A stretch of 64,000 nt of DNA. Source: Hemiscyllium ocellatum. Lineage: Eukaryota. The stretch lies in the NCBI RefSeq assembly GCF_020745735.1, contig NC_083408.1, positions 92,038,484-92,102,483 of the forward strand, in the 5' to 3' direction. Position 1 is the stretch's first letter, and every line of letters begins with the position of its first letter. The notes beneath the pieces are model-generated. The model saw only the letters and a list, made by a program, of their open reading frames with translations, did no database searches and had not been told where the DNA came from. Below are positions 35,981 to 48,219 of this stretch, in pieces. The position numbers were made by a program, and so were the translations under genes.

Positions 35981-38614
35981 TGTGTCCTGGATGCAACAAG
36001 GGAATGAACATTACTGGATTCAGTAATGAACCAGATTTAATTAGTAACCTAACTGTCCATGAACATTTATCAAATAGTGATCATAGCATAATGGAGTTCA
36101 ATGTACCTTTGACAGTACAAAGCATAAATTAGCATCTGGAGTTTTAGATTTAGATAAGGCTGATTTTAATGAGATGCTAGAGACTATCTGCAGCAATTTT
36201 AGATAATTTGCTATTCAACTGAAGAATAGTGGAGGATATTTAAAGAAACAGTTAACAATACAAAGCAGCTCATATCCCTAACAGGAAAATGTCCACTTAA
36301 CAGAAAACAAAAACAGCCATAGTCATCTAAGGTAAGGGAGTGCATAAAGGAGAGGGCTTACAAACACTGAAAAAAACAGCACAGATTCTACTGAATGGGA
36401 AAGACAAGGATCAGCAAAGGTCCACAAAGTGGCTTAAAAATGTTTCTAAAAAGGGATTATGAAAGGAAACTTTCTGGGGAGATCAAAATCAATAAAGAAT
36501 TTCAGTTACATAAAGGAAAAGCAGTTGGTCGGGGTAATGTTGGCCCACAAAGATTAAAAGTGGGGATATTGTCAATGACTATGGGAAAATAATAGACATG
36601 TTAAATAATTATTTTGCCTCAGCATTTACAGTAGAAACAGGAGAGTTTGCTGGAAGTCCCAATGAAATTAAGAGTCATGAGACTGAATAAAATTAACGTA
36701 AGTAAAAGATTGATGAATAGAATTAAAGAGCAGCAAATCCCTGTGACCTGACAATTTCCATATGAGGGAGTTAAAGGAAATAGGGAGCATATAAATACAG
36801 GGGTTGTCCTTCTGAATGATAAAGTTCCACATTTTCACTCCACTTTTAAGGGCGATAAAGGAAAATCGGGGAATTAGACTAGTCTGCCTAACTTCTGTGG
36901 TGGGGAAATTGCAGGAGTCTATAGTCAAGGATGGGGTAACCAAACACCTTGAAAATTTTCAGTTAATCAGGGAGAACCAGCATGGATTCATAACAGGTAG
37001 GGTCAGTCCTCTGTGAAGTCTGTAAAGAGCCAATTAAAGTAAAAGACCAGGAATGTCCTGGATGTAGTTTATATGGATGTCCAGAAGGTATTTGATAAAA
37101 TCGCACATAAGAAACTTAATGAAAGTAGAAACCTACAGAATTGAGGTCAAATGGCTGGAAAATTAGTTGAGTAGCAGGTGACGGAAACTAGGGATAATGG
37201 GTCGGTACTCAAATTGGCAGGATGTAGCTAGTGGTGTACCGCAAGGCTCTGTATCAGGCCCTCAAATTATTCACTATTTCCCAATTTCACATTATTTATT
37301 AATGACTTGGATAATGACATAGAAAGTCATATATCCAAATTTGCTGATGACACCAAGTTTGGCAGCATTGTAGAGAGTATAGATGATAGCATAAAATTAC
37401 AATGGAGTACTGATAAACTCAGTGAATAAGCAAAATTGCAGCAGATGGAGCTCAATTTAAGCGAGTGAGGTTATTTATTTTGAACCAACAAAGGCTAGAT
37501 CAGGGTACTTTCTAGATAGTATGAAGCTGAATATTGTGGATACCGAAAGAGACTTGGGGTTTCAGGTGCATAGATCTTTAAAATGCCACGAACAGGTGCA
37601 GAAAATAATTGGGAAAGCTAATGCAACACTCATTTTTATATTCACAGGACTGAAGTACAAGGATGTAGAAGTTATGCTGCAGTTATATAAAGATGCCACC
37701 ATATCTTAGGAAGGATATTTTGGTTTTGGAAAGAGTAAAAAATAGATTTACAAGAAAAATATCTCGACATCATGGGTTAAGTGATGAGGAGAGATCATAC
37801 AAACCAGGCATACTCTCTATAGATATTGGAAGGTTGATCTGATTGAAGTCTTCTAGATATTAACATGAAAAGTCAGCGTAGGTAAATTATATACACTGGT
37901 TTTTGGATTCTAAAACTAGGGGATATTGGTCTGGCCCTAATTATCAGATTTTGGGAGAGAAGTTAGAGCATTTCTGCACAGAAGGTAGATGATGTTTGGG
38001 GAACACGCTTTGAGAAATGGCAGTTGATGCTGGTTGTAGATTTTAAATCTGAGACACATAAAATTTTATTAAACAAAAGCATTAAAGGATATGGACCAAA
38101 GGCAGGTATGTGGAGTTAGGCCACAGATTAGCCATGACCACCTTCAATGGCCACCTATGACCTGACAGCCACAGCTTATTTCCCAGATCCTGAACTAAAC
38201 TAGTACTCAAACCTGGCACTGCAAAAGGCCCAAGGGACAGCCATCATTCTTAGGTCAAAACAGACCAAAGACTCCATCTCTCCTGACTCGCGACATTGAC
38301 AATTCATTTTCTGATCTACCTCCTTTCCAAGTCCTGTCCCCATCCTACTTCCCTTGGTTCATTTCCCGACCTCAGCCCTCTCTTGGACTCTTCCTTAATC
38401 ACCCCCCTTCTCCATATCTTAGTAATTCCCCTTCACTTCTCCACCCACTTTCTCTCTCTTTCCTTACCTCTTCTCTCTCGGTTTCTCACCACACTTCCTC
38501 CTCCCATGCCTCCTCTCTTCTCCCTCCAGACTTTTCTACCACCCCTCCACCCAACTCTTCTCTCCCCCACCCTCAACACTTATTCCTCTCCTCCTAACTC
38601 ATCTAGAATGCCAA

Positions 38615-38945
38615 GGTTGGCAGCATGGTTATTAGCTGTCTCACAACACCAGGGTCCTGGGTTTGTTTCTTTGATGACTGCCTGTATGGAGTTTGCACAT
38701 TCTCTCCATGCCCGCATGGGTTTCCTCCCACAGTCCAAAGATGTGCAGGTTAGGTGGAGGGGTCATGGGAAATGTAGGATTACAGGGGGTGGGACTTGGA
38801 GAGTCTGTGAAGACTCAATGGACCCAATTGCCTGCTTCCACAAGGACTCTCACCAACTTTTACAGATGCATCATTGTATATAGGTTCTGCAAAATAGAAC
38901 GTTTCACTGTACCGAGGTACATGTGACGATAATAAATCAATCAAA
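38615..38945 (+). mobile_element. V-SINE followed by a LINE-like 3' tail
   Basis: GGAGTTTGCACATTCTC V-domain; tail ...ACATGTGACGATAATAAATCAATCAA. Confidence 0.7.
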
Positions 38946-39074
38946 ACTCTAAGGGATTCAATGACTCTTCCCTCTCCATCGATCCCTTTCATCTCTTCTC
39001 CCCCAACCCCATTCCCCTCCGGACTTCACTTCTCCTCCGTCAACTCATCTTCTCTCTCGACTCAACGTCTTGCC

Positions 39075-39900
39075 CTCTTCCTCACCCCCCCCTCCCAAAC
39101 TCTTCATCCCCTTCCTCACCCCCCCTCCCAAACTCTTCATCCCCTTCCTCACCCCCCCTCCCAAACTCTTCATCCCCTTCCTCACCCCCCCTCCCAAACT
39201 CTTCATCCCCTTCCTCACCCCCCCTCCCAAACTCTTCATCCCCTTCCTCACCCCCCCTCCCAAACTCTTCATCCCCTTCCTCACCCCCCTCCCAAACTCT
39301 TCATCCCCTTCCTCACCCCCCCTCCCAAACTCTTCATCCCCTTCCTCACCCCCCTCCCAAACTCTTCATCCCCTTCCTCACCCCCCTCCCAAACTCTTCA
39401 TCCCCTTCCTCACCCCCCCTCCCAAACTCTTCATCCCCTTCCTCACCCCCCTCCCAAACTCTTCATCCCCTTCCTCACCCCCCCTCCCAAACTCTTCATC
39501 CCCTTCCTCACCCCCCCTCCCAAACTCTTCATCCCCTTCCTCACCCCCCCTCCCAAACTCTTCATCCCCTTCCTCACCCCCCTCCCAAACTCTTCATCCC
39601 CTTCCTCACCCCCCCTCCCAAACTCTTCATCCCCTTCCTCACCCCCCCTCCCAAACTCTTCATCCCCTTCCTCACCCCCCTCCCAAACTCTTCATCCCCT
39701 TCCTCACCCCCCCTCCCAAACTCTTCATCCCCTTCCTCACCCCCCCTCCCAAACTCTTCATCCCCTTCCTCACCCCCCCTCCCAAACTCTTCATCCCCTT
39801 CCTCACCCCCCCTCCCAAACTCTTCATCCCCTTCCTCACCCCCCCTCCCAAACTCTTCATCCCCTTCCTCACCCCCCCCTCCCAAACTCTTCATCTCTTC
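39075..39900. repeat. 32-34 bp minisatellite (CTCACCCCCCCTCCCAAACTCTTCATCCCCTTC), about 25 copies
   Basis: Near-identical units differing only in the length of the C-run; explains the ORFs 38961..40037 and 39070..39993. Confidence 0.97.
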
Positions 39901-39989
39901 TACCCCAATCCCTCCGACTTTTCTTCATTTGTTCTTCACTACCCCAGACTCCTCTCCGCCTCCCTTTCCCCGGACCCCTTGTCTCTCAC

Positions 39990-40230
39990 CTGATTCTCCG
40001 GATCGCTGTCGCCACACGCTGTCCCGCACACGCGTAACCGTCGTCTCGGCCGCGCTGACCAATCAGAGACCGCGATACTGGTAGGTGGCCGGGTCGTTCC
40101 GCCTTCCGGAGGAAAACTTTATTGACACCATCTGTCCAATGCCGGAAGGCAACTCGTCATCATCGCAGGAAATGTACGCTGTTTCAATGAACGCAGAGCG
40201 AGCCATACATTTTAAATAACTTCGTCCAAA
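39990..40230 (-). promoter_or_regulatory. DDX24: Probable DDX24 non-coding exon 1 and CpG-island promoter
   Basis: CpG-dense patch; minus-strand donor CAG|GTGAG at 39990/39989; CCAAT box at 40059-40063; ETS-like TTCCGG/CCGGAAG sites near 40085 and 40142. The first coding exon has an acceptor 6 nt upstream of its ATG, so an upstream exon is required. Confidence 0.7.
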
Positions 40231-40329
40231 GGCCTGGGTAACACCTATTTTACAGCGGACAGCACCATCCTGGTGGCTAACTATATATTGAATTGGACTC
40301 TTCATAAAAGCACAGTGGCTACACGAGCA

Positions 40330-40830
40330 GGTTAAAGGTTGGGAATACTCACCTCCTGACTGCTCATCTACAAGGCACAAGTCGGGAGTCTATTGGAATA
40401 ATTCCCGCTTCCCTGGATGACTGCTCTCCAAGAACATTCAGGAAAAATGCTGTTGGTTTGATTAGCACTACATCCATATTCAGCCCTTCATCACCTATTC
40501 TCAAAGCAGCAGTGTGTACTATTTACCAGTTGCCCTGGAGAAATTCACTAAGGTCCCTTAGATAGCACCTACCAAACCCTCAACTACATAGAGACAAAGG
40601 GGAAGCAAATACATGGAAGCACCACAGCTATCCAGTTCCCTTTCAAGATACCATCCAGATTTGGGAATATATTCTTAAATATGATGGGGTCAAAATCTTG
40701 GAACTCCCTTCCTCATGACATTGTGAATGTATCTACACCAAATGGCTGGCAGTAGTTCAAGAAGGCAGTTCACCAGCACCTCCAGGGCAAATAGGGATGG
40801 TTAATTATTACATTCATTGTGTGAATGAAT
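40330..40830 (+). mobile_element. L2/CR1-group LINE 3' fragment
   Basis: IYKAQVGSLLE*FPLPW-type C-terminus; tail AAGAAGGCAGTTCACCAGCACC..GGGCAAATAGGGATGG, also seen reverse-complemented at 56600-56840. Confidence 0.55.
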
Positions 40831-40854
40831 TTATAAAAGATGTATCCTATTTTA

Positions 40855-41133
40855 GATAGATTAGATGACTTACAGTGTGGAAACAGGCCCTTTGGCCCAA
40901 CAGGTCCACACCAACCCTCCGAAGAGGATCCCACACAGAACCATTCCCCTACATTTATGCCTACACCTAACACTATGGGCAATTTAGCATAGCCAATTCA
41001 CCTAACCTGCACGTTTTTGGACTATGGGAGGAAACCCACGCAGACATGGGGAGAATGTGCAAACTCCCTGAGGTGGGAATTGAACCCAGGTGTCTGGTGC
41101 TGTAAGGCAGCAGTGCTAACCACTGTGCCGCCC
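40855..41133 (-). mobile_element. V-SINE (HE1-like)
   Basis: Reverse complement of 55355-55680, including the (TAGAT)n tail. Confidence 0.85.
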
Positions 41134-43189
41134 ATTTTTAATTTTTTTTAGATCAGAAGCTTAAACAATTTATTTCACATCCATAGACAAAATCCTATTT
41201 ACTGAAAATTTGCAATATTCCTCATTCTAATTAAGATTTCCCAAACATACTACAATTGACAGAATCCAACTGATTCATATATAAAATAGTTAAATGATGG
41301 CTCCAAATTAGCTCATTATTATCAGAGTCATGTTTTGGTTTGTAACATTACCTGGAGTCAATACTTATGCACACTTTCCAAAATCTCTCCATCACCCCCA
41401 TCATTTGGGAACCACACAACAACCCACGAGAAAACCGAGGAATTTCTTTTACTGTGGTCAGGGAAACTTAAGTGCAATCAGCAACACAATGGATTTTGAA
41501 AATATTAAACACAGGAAACAGAGGTCAGAATTGATTTTATTGATCTTTCGGAGAATTAGGTAGTGAGAGTTAGGAGATTTCAGAGCTATTGAAAAGTATT
41601 GTGAAAGGACCAAGAATATGGGGTAATTGGTAATAGACACGACAGCACCAGGTTGAAAAATGTTTTCACTCAATGAGTGTTTAAGATCTGGAAGACATCA
41701 TCAACATGGTGAGAGCAGTTAAATTTTGAAGTTTTCAAAACAGTTAAATGGGTGGCTAAAAAGGCATTATGCACAGGGTCACAGGAATAACATGGGGAAT
41801 GGCCATAATAAATTGTTCATTTGGAGATGGGCCAGTGCAGATGTGAAGTGCCAAATGTTAACTTTCTATGCCGTAATAATTATTTGATGTGTGATTATCA
41901 TTCATACACACAGAAGGAAATTTGTTTTTTTTGGACTGTGGGCATAACATGGAAGTTCCATTTCTTTCTTCAATGTTTGAAACTTATTGTGATGTTGCCT
42001 TGCAAGGCAAGAATAATTTGTCTGCTCAAATATCACATGATTTGATCACAATTAACCATAAGTTCTATACTTGCAAACCACAAATCGATCAGCATCTATT
42101 TTTATGCCAGACCCCATAAAATATATTAGATCAATTTGTAGACTGATAACAAATTTTACTTGCAACCAAAATTCATTCAGAAGCAAAGAAATGTTGGTAA
42201 AGCACTAGAAGCACTGAGAACATGGATAATGTTCCTTGGGGGATAATTGACATTAGCTACATTTACAGACTGCAGTGATTCTGAACCTCATCTAATATTT
42301 TGCAGCAAGGATGTGGGCATTTATTCTTCCAGTATTTTCTTTGAGCCTGAAAACAGATATATCAGCTTACTTGCATTTCAAACAATGATATTACTGCTTA
42401 TTAATTTCTTGTTACCATATACCTTGATACTTTCACCATGATTTCCAAGGAAAAATTTTTTTTTTACTTTGGAATATGTGATTTTTTTTGCTCTAATTTC
42501 TCTGGTCTTCTCTTTTGTACTTACTTTAAGTGTGTTCTCTGTTTTAAACCTTAGCTTTATTGAGATATATATCAGGACAAAAGTTTTATTTTCTCATAGT
42601 ATATTTCGTTACTACAAATCATTGTTCTTGATAGCTTTTTGAATGCATTTGACGCTTTCCTTGATATCACAGTTTTGTTCTTTAGCATGTTGACTGACTT
42701 TAGTCCCATTAGCCTATTGAGTTCATTGTGGTGTTACATTGTGGTGTCGAACTAAGCAGGTTTGGAGGAATCCAGAATCGGTTGGTCATTAATTTGAAAC
42801 ATTAACCCTGTTTTCCACTCCAGAGATGTGGAAAATATTTTAAGGATTTTTTTTGTTATTATTTCATATCTTCAGACTCCATTTAGCTTTTGTTTTTGGA
42901 TCAGACCAAGAGAGGACAAAAAGGTAATGAAGATTTTTATAAATTAAGTAGATTGTCAATACACTATATAAAAAGTTCCAGATGAAAAATAGAAGATATG
43001 TGGTGTCTTGCAATGACCTCAGGCCAAAGCACCTTATGACCAATTTTCAAGTGTGAACACTGTTTTAACGTAGGAAACATATAAATCAAATTGTACCTAA
43101 GGTCTGACAAACAAGGTCTATGTGACAGTGACCATGTAATGAACCTCAGGGAATGATGGTTGAGGAATCAGTCAGGACACTAGTCAACA

Positions 43190-43760
43190 CTTTCCAGCTA
43201 CACACAAGTGGATATGGTGGTCAAGAAGGCATGTAGCATGCTTCATCCTTCATTGAGTATAAAAAATTGACAAGTCATGTTGCAGCTGTATGATTGCCAT
43301 ACTACTGGAAGGATGTGGAGGCTTTGCAGAGAGTACAGAAATGGTTTACCAGGATGTTGTCTGGTTTGGAGGGCATTAGCTATGAAGAGAGATTGGACAA
43401 ACTTGGTTTGTTTTTGCTTGAATGTCAAAGGATGAGTGGCAACTGATAGAAATTTACGAAATTATGACAGGCCTGGATAGAACAGATATTGGAGTCTTTT
43501 TTGCAGGGTAGAAATGCCAATTACTAGTGGACATAGATTTAAGGTAAAATGGGGTAAGTTTAAAGGTGAGAGGAAGGCTTTCTATACAGAGGACGGTAAA
43601 TGCCTGAAATTGCAATGTTTAAGAGGCATCTCGACAGATATGCGAATAGTCAGGGAATAGAGGGAAAAGATATTGCCTATTGGCATATTAATTGCACGTA
43701 AAATGGCATTATGTGTCTGTGTAATCTTGGGACCAAAGGGCTTGTTTCTGTGCTGTACTG
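43190..43760 (+). mobile_element. CR1 LINE 3' fragment
   Basis: KDVEALQRVQKWFTRMLSGL-like sequence. Confidence 0.7.
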
Positions 43761-43894
43761 TTGTTATAATTCATCATTCAAGACAGCACACAAGACTTTG
43801 CCTTAACACGTTAAGTGTAGGAAAGATTTTCAATCAGTAAAGGGAAATAAGGGTTATCGGGAAAAGGCAGAAAAGTGGAATTTAGGTTTGTCAC

Positions 43895-44057
43895 ATTAGT
43901 CAGGTGAATTGGCCATGCTAAATTGCCCGTAGTGTTAGGTAAGGGGTATATGTAGGGGTATGGGTGGGTTGCGCTTCGGCGGGTCGGTGTGGACTTGTTG
44001 GGCCGAAGGGCCTGTTTCCACACTGTAAGTAATCTAGTCTAATCCAATCTAATCTAA
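43895..44057 (+). mobile_element. 5'-truncated V-SINE
   Basis: GGTGAATTGGCCATGCTAAATTGCCCGTAGTG...GGGCCTGTTTCCACACTGTAAG(AATCT)n. Confidence 0.8.
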
Positions 44058-44599
44058 ACCTTCTGACTCAGTGCTACCAGTGAGTGGTGGAAACGACACC
44101 CATTAACAAGTAACTAGTTTACCAACCAAAGGCCATGAAGATGTTTACCCCAGCAAAAATAAGAAGAGTTCACTCAGGTGGGGGGGGGTTAGCAAAATAT
44201 CTTTCCTCTTTCAGAAAAGCCAAAAATATTAAAATCCCGAAGAAAACTGAAGCATCTGCCAGCAGTACGTGGAGCACAAGTGATCCTCCAGCATTAATCA
44301 TAATTTATACAATAGGACCCTCACCCACAACATCTGATGATTCACGCTAGAAGATCACAGTCAGAGGTCGTCAAAGGTAAACTTGCAACCCCCTTATCGG
44401 GGCCCACTCCTGACGCTTGTGGCGCAGTGGTAACGTCCCTGACTCTGTATGAGGAGGGCTCAGGTCCCACCTGCTCCAGGGATGTGTCATTAACATTGCT
44501 GCTCTTGACGAGGGGTACATTTACAAAACAAAAAGACCCGACATCGACTCTTCCCTCCAACCGCAGTGGCATAACCCCGTCATCCTTTCCGGTCTCCGC

Positions 44600-45360
44600 G
44601 ATTTTTGAGTGTGTCAGGGACGGGGGTGGGGGTGGGGGGTGGTCGAGGCGGACATGGTTCGCGGGGGCGGAGTGACGAGCGAACGCCTTCCGTCCAGCGA
44701 GATCGGGGCGCACGGCGCTCGCCGTAGCGGCTCGTTGCCTTGGTGACGGCGGCTGCCGGGGAGACGGAGCGGCCCATCCCCGGCCCGAGCCCCCACCGCG
44801 CGGCGTCCCCGCCCCCTCACCACCCCGCCCCCACCCCCCTTCTGCCCCTCCTCCACCCCAAACCCCGGTCACGCTGCTGCCCGTCAAGGTTTCCAATCTC
44901 CGGCTCCGCTCCGGGGGGGGGGAAAGAAGGAGAAGGATCGCTGCTTGTCCGCCTCGCTCTGCTCTGTCCTTTCGGACACTGGCATCCCCCGGGTTCGGGG
45001 ATAACCACCAGGAGCCTCTGTCTGCCTGACCCCCTCCCACACACACAGGCTCCCGCTGGATTGGCGGCTGGTTAATCAGACCCCCATAGAGGCCGAGCTC
45101 CCCGGCGCCGGGAGCCCAAGGCTCCGTCGCTTGGGGAGGAGAGGAGGCGGTGGGATCTTCCAACTGTCGGTCGGACGGCTCGGGCACCGGGACATGGTGC
45201 TGGGATCGTCGGAGCATCGCTGACCGGCCTCCCCAGACCCTGCTCCCTCTCTCCGCCCGCAACCCCTTGCCTTCACCCTCCGCACCCCCCCCCTCGCCTT
45301 CCCGACCCTCACCCTCACTCTCCCCCACCCCCGATCCTCACCTTCTTTTCCCGATCCTCA
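44600..45360 (+). promoter_or_regulatory. PPP4R4: CpG island / probable PPP4R4 promoter with GC box and RFX X-box-like site
   Basis: Very high GC and CpG; GGGGCGG near 44664; GTTGCCTTGGTGAC at 44734-44747. Confidence 0.65.
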
Positions 45361-45590
45361 CCCGCTCTCCCCCTCCCGACCCTTACCCCCCGATCCTCAC
45401 CTTTCCCCTTCCTGACCCTCACCCCCCCACACCCTCACCTTCCTCTCCCACCCTCATCTTCCTCCCCCCACCCTCATCTTCCTCCCCCCACCCTCACCTT
45501 CCTCCCCCCACCCTCACCTTCCTCCCCCCACCCTCACCTTCGTCCTCCCACCCTCACCCCCCACCCTTACCTTCTTCCCCCCCACCCTAA
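45330..45590. repeat. C-rich 20-bp tandem repeat (CCCTCACCTTCCTCCCCCCA) / low complexity
   Basis: Units visible at 45451-45550 with degenerate flanks. Confidence 0.8.
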
Positions 45591-45870
45591 TCCTCTATTC
45601 TTCACCCATCATTGTCACCTTCTCTCCCCGCCCCCAGCCTCACTTTCCCCACTCACCTTCCTCCACCCCGCCCACACATTCTCTCCTATCCCTATTTTCT
45701 CCCTATCACTCTCCTCACACTCTTCTGTTCCCTCAGCTTCCTCTCCCCACCCCCGGATCCCGGATCAATCCCGCACCCACACACAAAAACGCACAGAGCT
45801 CTTCTTCCTCCCCGGACTCTGCTGCTTTATTCTCATCTCTTCTAATCCTCATTTCGTTTGTTAAAAAAAA

Positions 45871-45963
45871 ATGATGGATTTCAATCAGGAGAATTTATTC
45901 GGGCAAATAGAAGATTTACAGGAACTGAGCTTCATTGAAAGACCAGTGCGTAGATACCTGAAG
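45871..45963 (+). CDS. PPP4R4: Serine/threonine-protein phosphatase 4 regulatory subunit 4, first coding exon
   Basis: MMDFNQENLFGQIEDLQELSFIERPVRRYLK resembles the human PPP4R4 N-terminus as recalled (MDFSQNSLFGYMEDLQELTIIERPVRRSLK); AAG|GTGTGT donor; syntenic with DDX24. Confidence 0.88.
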
Positions 45964-46727
45964 GTGTGTATGTGGGAAAGGGGAATGTGGTTGTGGAGTG
46001 GTGGTGAAATAATACATATTTGTACTTTTATATGTCAAAATTCAGTGGGGTACAATATGCATGTATGTAATTTGAGCTATCAAGGTTACATTGGGCTACG
46101 GTTCCAGTGCAGTGAAGGCAGAGCCTGCGTTACCCCTGAACCACTGCACAGTATTGGAAATATCTATAAGGCGAAAATCGACAGCCTGCCTTGGGTACAG
46201 AGACGAAATCAGATTTATTATACGGGCCCACAAGTGATACTGACTACAGCCGTAGGGTAGCGAAGCTATATTATGTAAGTTATCAGCGACTGAAGCATCA
46301 AATCTGCCGTACCAGCACTGAAATTGTTAGCACGTTATGACTCATTTTAACGGGAACATTTACCAGTTCATCGTTAACATTTTAAATATCGAGCCACCAG
46401 GCATATTTATTAAGAATTCAACCCACAATTTAATTTTAGATTTATTTAATCGATATGTATATATGATAAATTTGGAACAAATATCAATTGTTATTGAATA
46501 TATCAGATTATATTTCTGAACAAATATTAACATGGACCTTGTTACATTCTGAACTGTGACTGATTCTCTATTCACTACCTGATTTACTAATTTAATGAAG
46601 ACATTTCTGATATGATACAGACTAGATGTTTGCTAGATGTTCTGTTACGAACAACAGAACAGATGAACTTGAATTTTAAATCAATGCTAAATCGAAATGC
46701 AGATGCTTTACATGTGAATTAGAAGTA

Positions 46728-46851
46728 TGAAAGGCTTTTGCCCGAAACGTCGATTTTCCTGCTCCTCGGATGCTGCCTGAACTGCTATGTTTTTCCAGCA
46801 CCACTCTGATCTAGACTCTGGTTTCCAGCATCTGCAGTCATTGTTTTTATC
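46728..46851 (+). mobile_element. PLE-terminal mini-insertion (family A) with 12-bp TSD
   Basis: GAATTAGAAGTA at 46716-46727 and GAATTAAAAGTA at 46852-46863; starts TGAA-AGGC-TTTT-GCCC-GAAAC-GTC. Confidence 0.8.
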
Positions 46852-47194
46852 GAATTAAAAGTAAATCCTGTCTGGAAATGGTCAGCAGGTCAGGGAGAGG
46901 AGAGGGAGTGAAATATTAACTCCTTCTCCACTGAAGCTGTCTGATCTGCCCAATTTCTCTTCCATTTTCTATATTTTACTGGAACCTTATGTTGTTAATC
47001 TACATAGATTAGTAACTGAAACATAGTTTAAAACGTTTTTTTAAAAATTGACGTCTGGCAAAAAGAGCATTTCGTCTGGTGAGGTAGCTTTGGCAAACTC
47101 TTGTCAGTTTGAGTAACTTATTTTATATAGCTTGTCAAATGCATGTATAAACCTTTCATCATTATCCATGATAAAATGCTTTTAGTCGTAAGAG

Positions 47195-47530
47195 AAAGAA
47201 AGACTTGCATTCGTATAGTGCTGTTCACAGTGTTATAATGAAGAAAGTGCAGTAGTCAGTTTATGCGAGCAATCTTCCACAAACAGCAATGTGATAATGA
47301 CCAGCTAATCTGTTTTTTTGTGATGTTGCTTGTGGTATAAATTGTGTCTGTGGGATCTTTTACACCTACTCAAACATCAGATGGGCCCTTGTTTTAACAT
47401 TACATCTGAAAGAGGATATCTCAGACACTACAATAAAATCATAAAATAGAGCCTTGGTTTGTGTGCTCAAGTTCTCAAGTGCAACTTGAAGCTGAATCTT
47501 TTTGACTCAGAGGCAAGAGCATTACCAACG
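47195..47530 (-). mobile_element. DeuSINE / SacSINE1-like ancient SINE
   Basis: CCACAAACAGCAATGTGATAATGACCAG core; tRNA-like head TGACTCAGAGGCAAGAGCATTACCAAC (reverse complement). Other decayed copies near 27150-27520, 42990-43190 and 55185-55960. Confidence 0.6.
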
Positions 47531-48145
47531 GAAAAAAAGAAATTGAGTTTGTAGATCAGAGCCTGCATGTTTAGTCACAAGCAAATTGTTTATGAAGGGC
47601 TGAAAATAATGGAACACTAAATTCGAAATCGTATTTAAAAGTTGGGATTAATTCAGGAGTATAGAGTTACCATTTGATCATTTACAGCATTGGAAGAGCT
47701 ACATACATTGATATTAACTGGTATATTGCATACAATTTTTTTCCCTTCTTTAATTCTGGCTTTTTTTTCCCAAAAAAAGTAATGATAGTGTGTTGAAGTG
47801 ATATTTTCTCCCTTTGAATTAAACTTAAATAATTTCTCTCTGTTTTGGAGTGATGAATTGGGAGTCTAAACAATTTGCTACTCCAACTGTGTTCAATCCC
47901 AACCATTTCAGAATAATTACAATGTTCTTTATAAACATACCCCTATCTCTTATATATTACATATTGGATACGTTGCAAATAAAACTGATCTAATCTTTCA
48001 TATGGTATTGCAATAACCATGCTTTTCCATTGCAGTTTATGATATCATGTGACACCCCTTGATTGGACCTTGCTTGACTGAAATCATTTGATTTGATAAC
48101 TGCATTGCATATCTGCTCTATTTTTAATCTTATTTACATTTGTAG

Positions 48146-48219
48146 ACACCAGAAGAAATTGAAAGATTGACAGTTGATGAAGAACTTAATGATATTGAAA
48201 GAGCTGTTTATCTTCTCAG
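48146..48219 (+). CDS. PPP4R4: PPP4R4 second coding exon; gene continues beyond the window
   Basis: TPEEIERLTVDEELNDIERAVYLLS; GTAG acceptor, GTAGGT donor. No third exon recognised before 64000. Confidence 0.9.

Larger units (their letters stand above)
32650..38155 (+). mobile_element. Near-full-length old CR1 LINE (esterase-type ORF1, endonuclease, RT) hosting nested elements
   Basis: ORF1-like CCLSGVK...EDPVVVHV near 33140-33240; endonuclease-like TESWLQDDQDWKLNIPGY near 34260; RT-like MDVQKVFDK and SKFADDTK at 37070-37360. Confidence 0.75.

Noticed and set aside
38961-40037. 358-aa and 307-aa Pro-rich ORFs
   Set aside because: Translation of a 33-bp minisatellite that lacks stop codons; frames shuffle with C-run length.
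44416-44480. tRNA-like sequence (TGGCGCAGTGGTAACG)
   Set aside because: A-box only, with a broken T-arm and no cloverleaf; it is a SINE head remnant.
44342-45328. 328-aa Gly/Arg-rich minus-strand ORF
   Set aside because: Open because of CpG-island composition; no recognisable domain, and it runs into a SINE remnant.
46090-46265. Short inverted repeats in PPP4R4 intron 1 suggesting a structured RNA
   Set aside because: Only 8-bp stems, compatible with chance.
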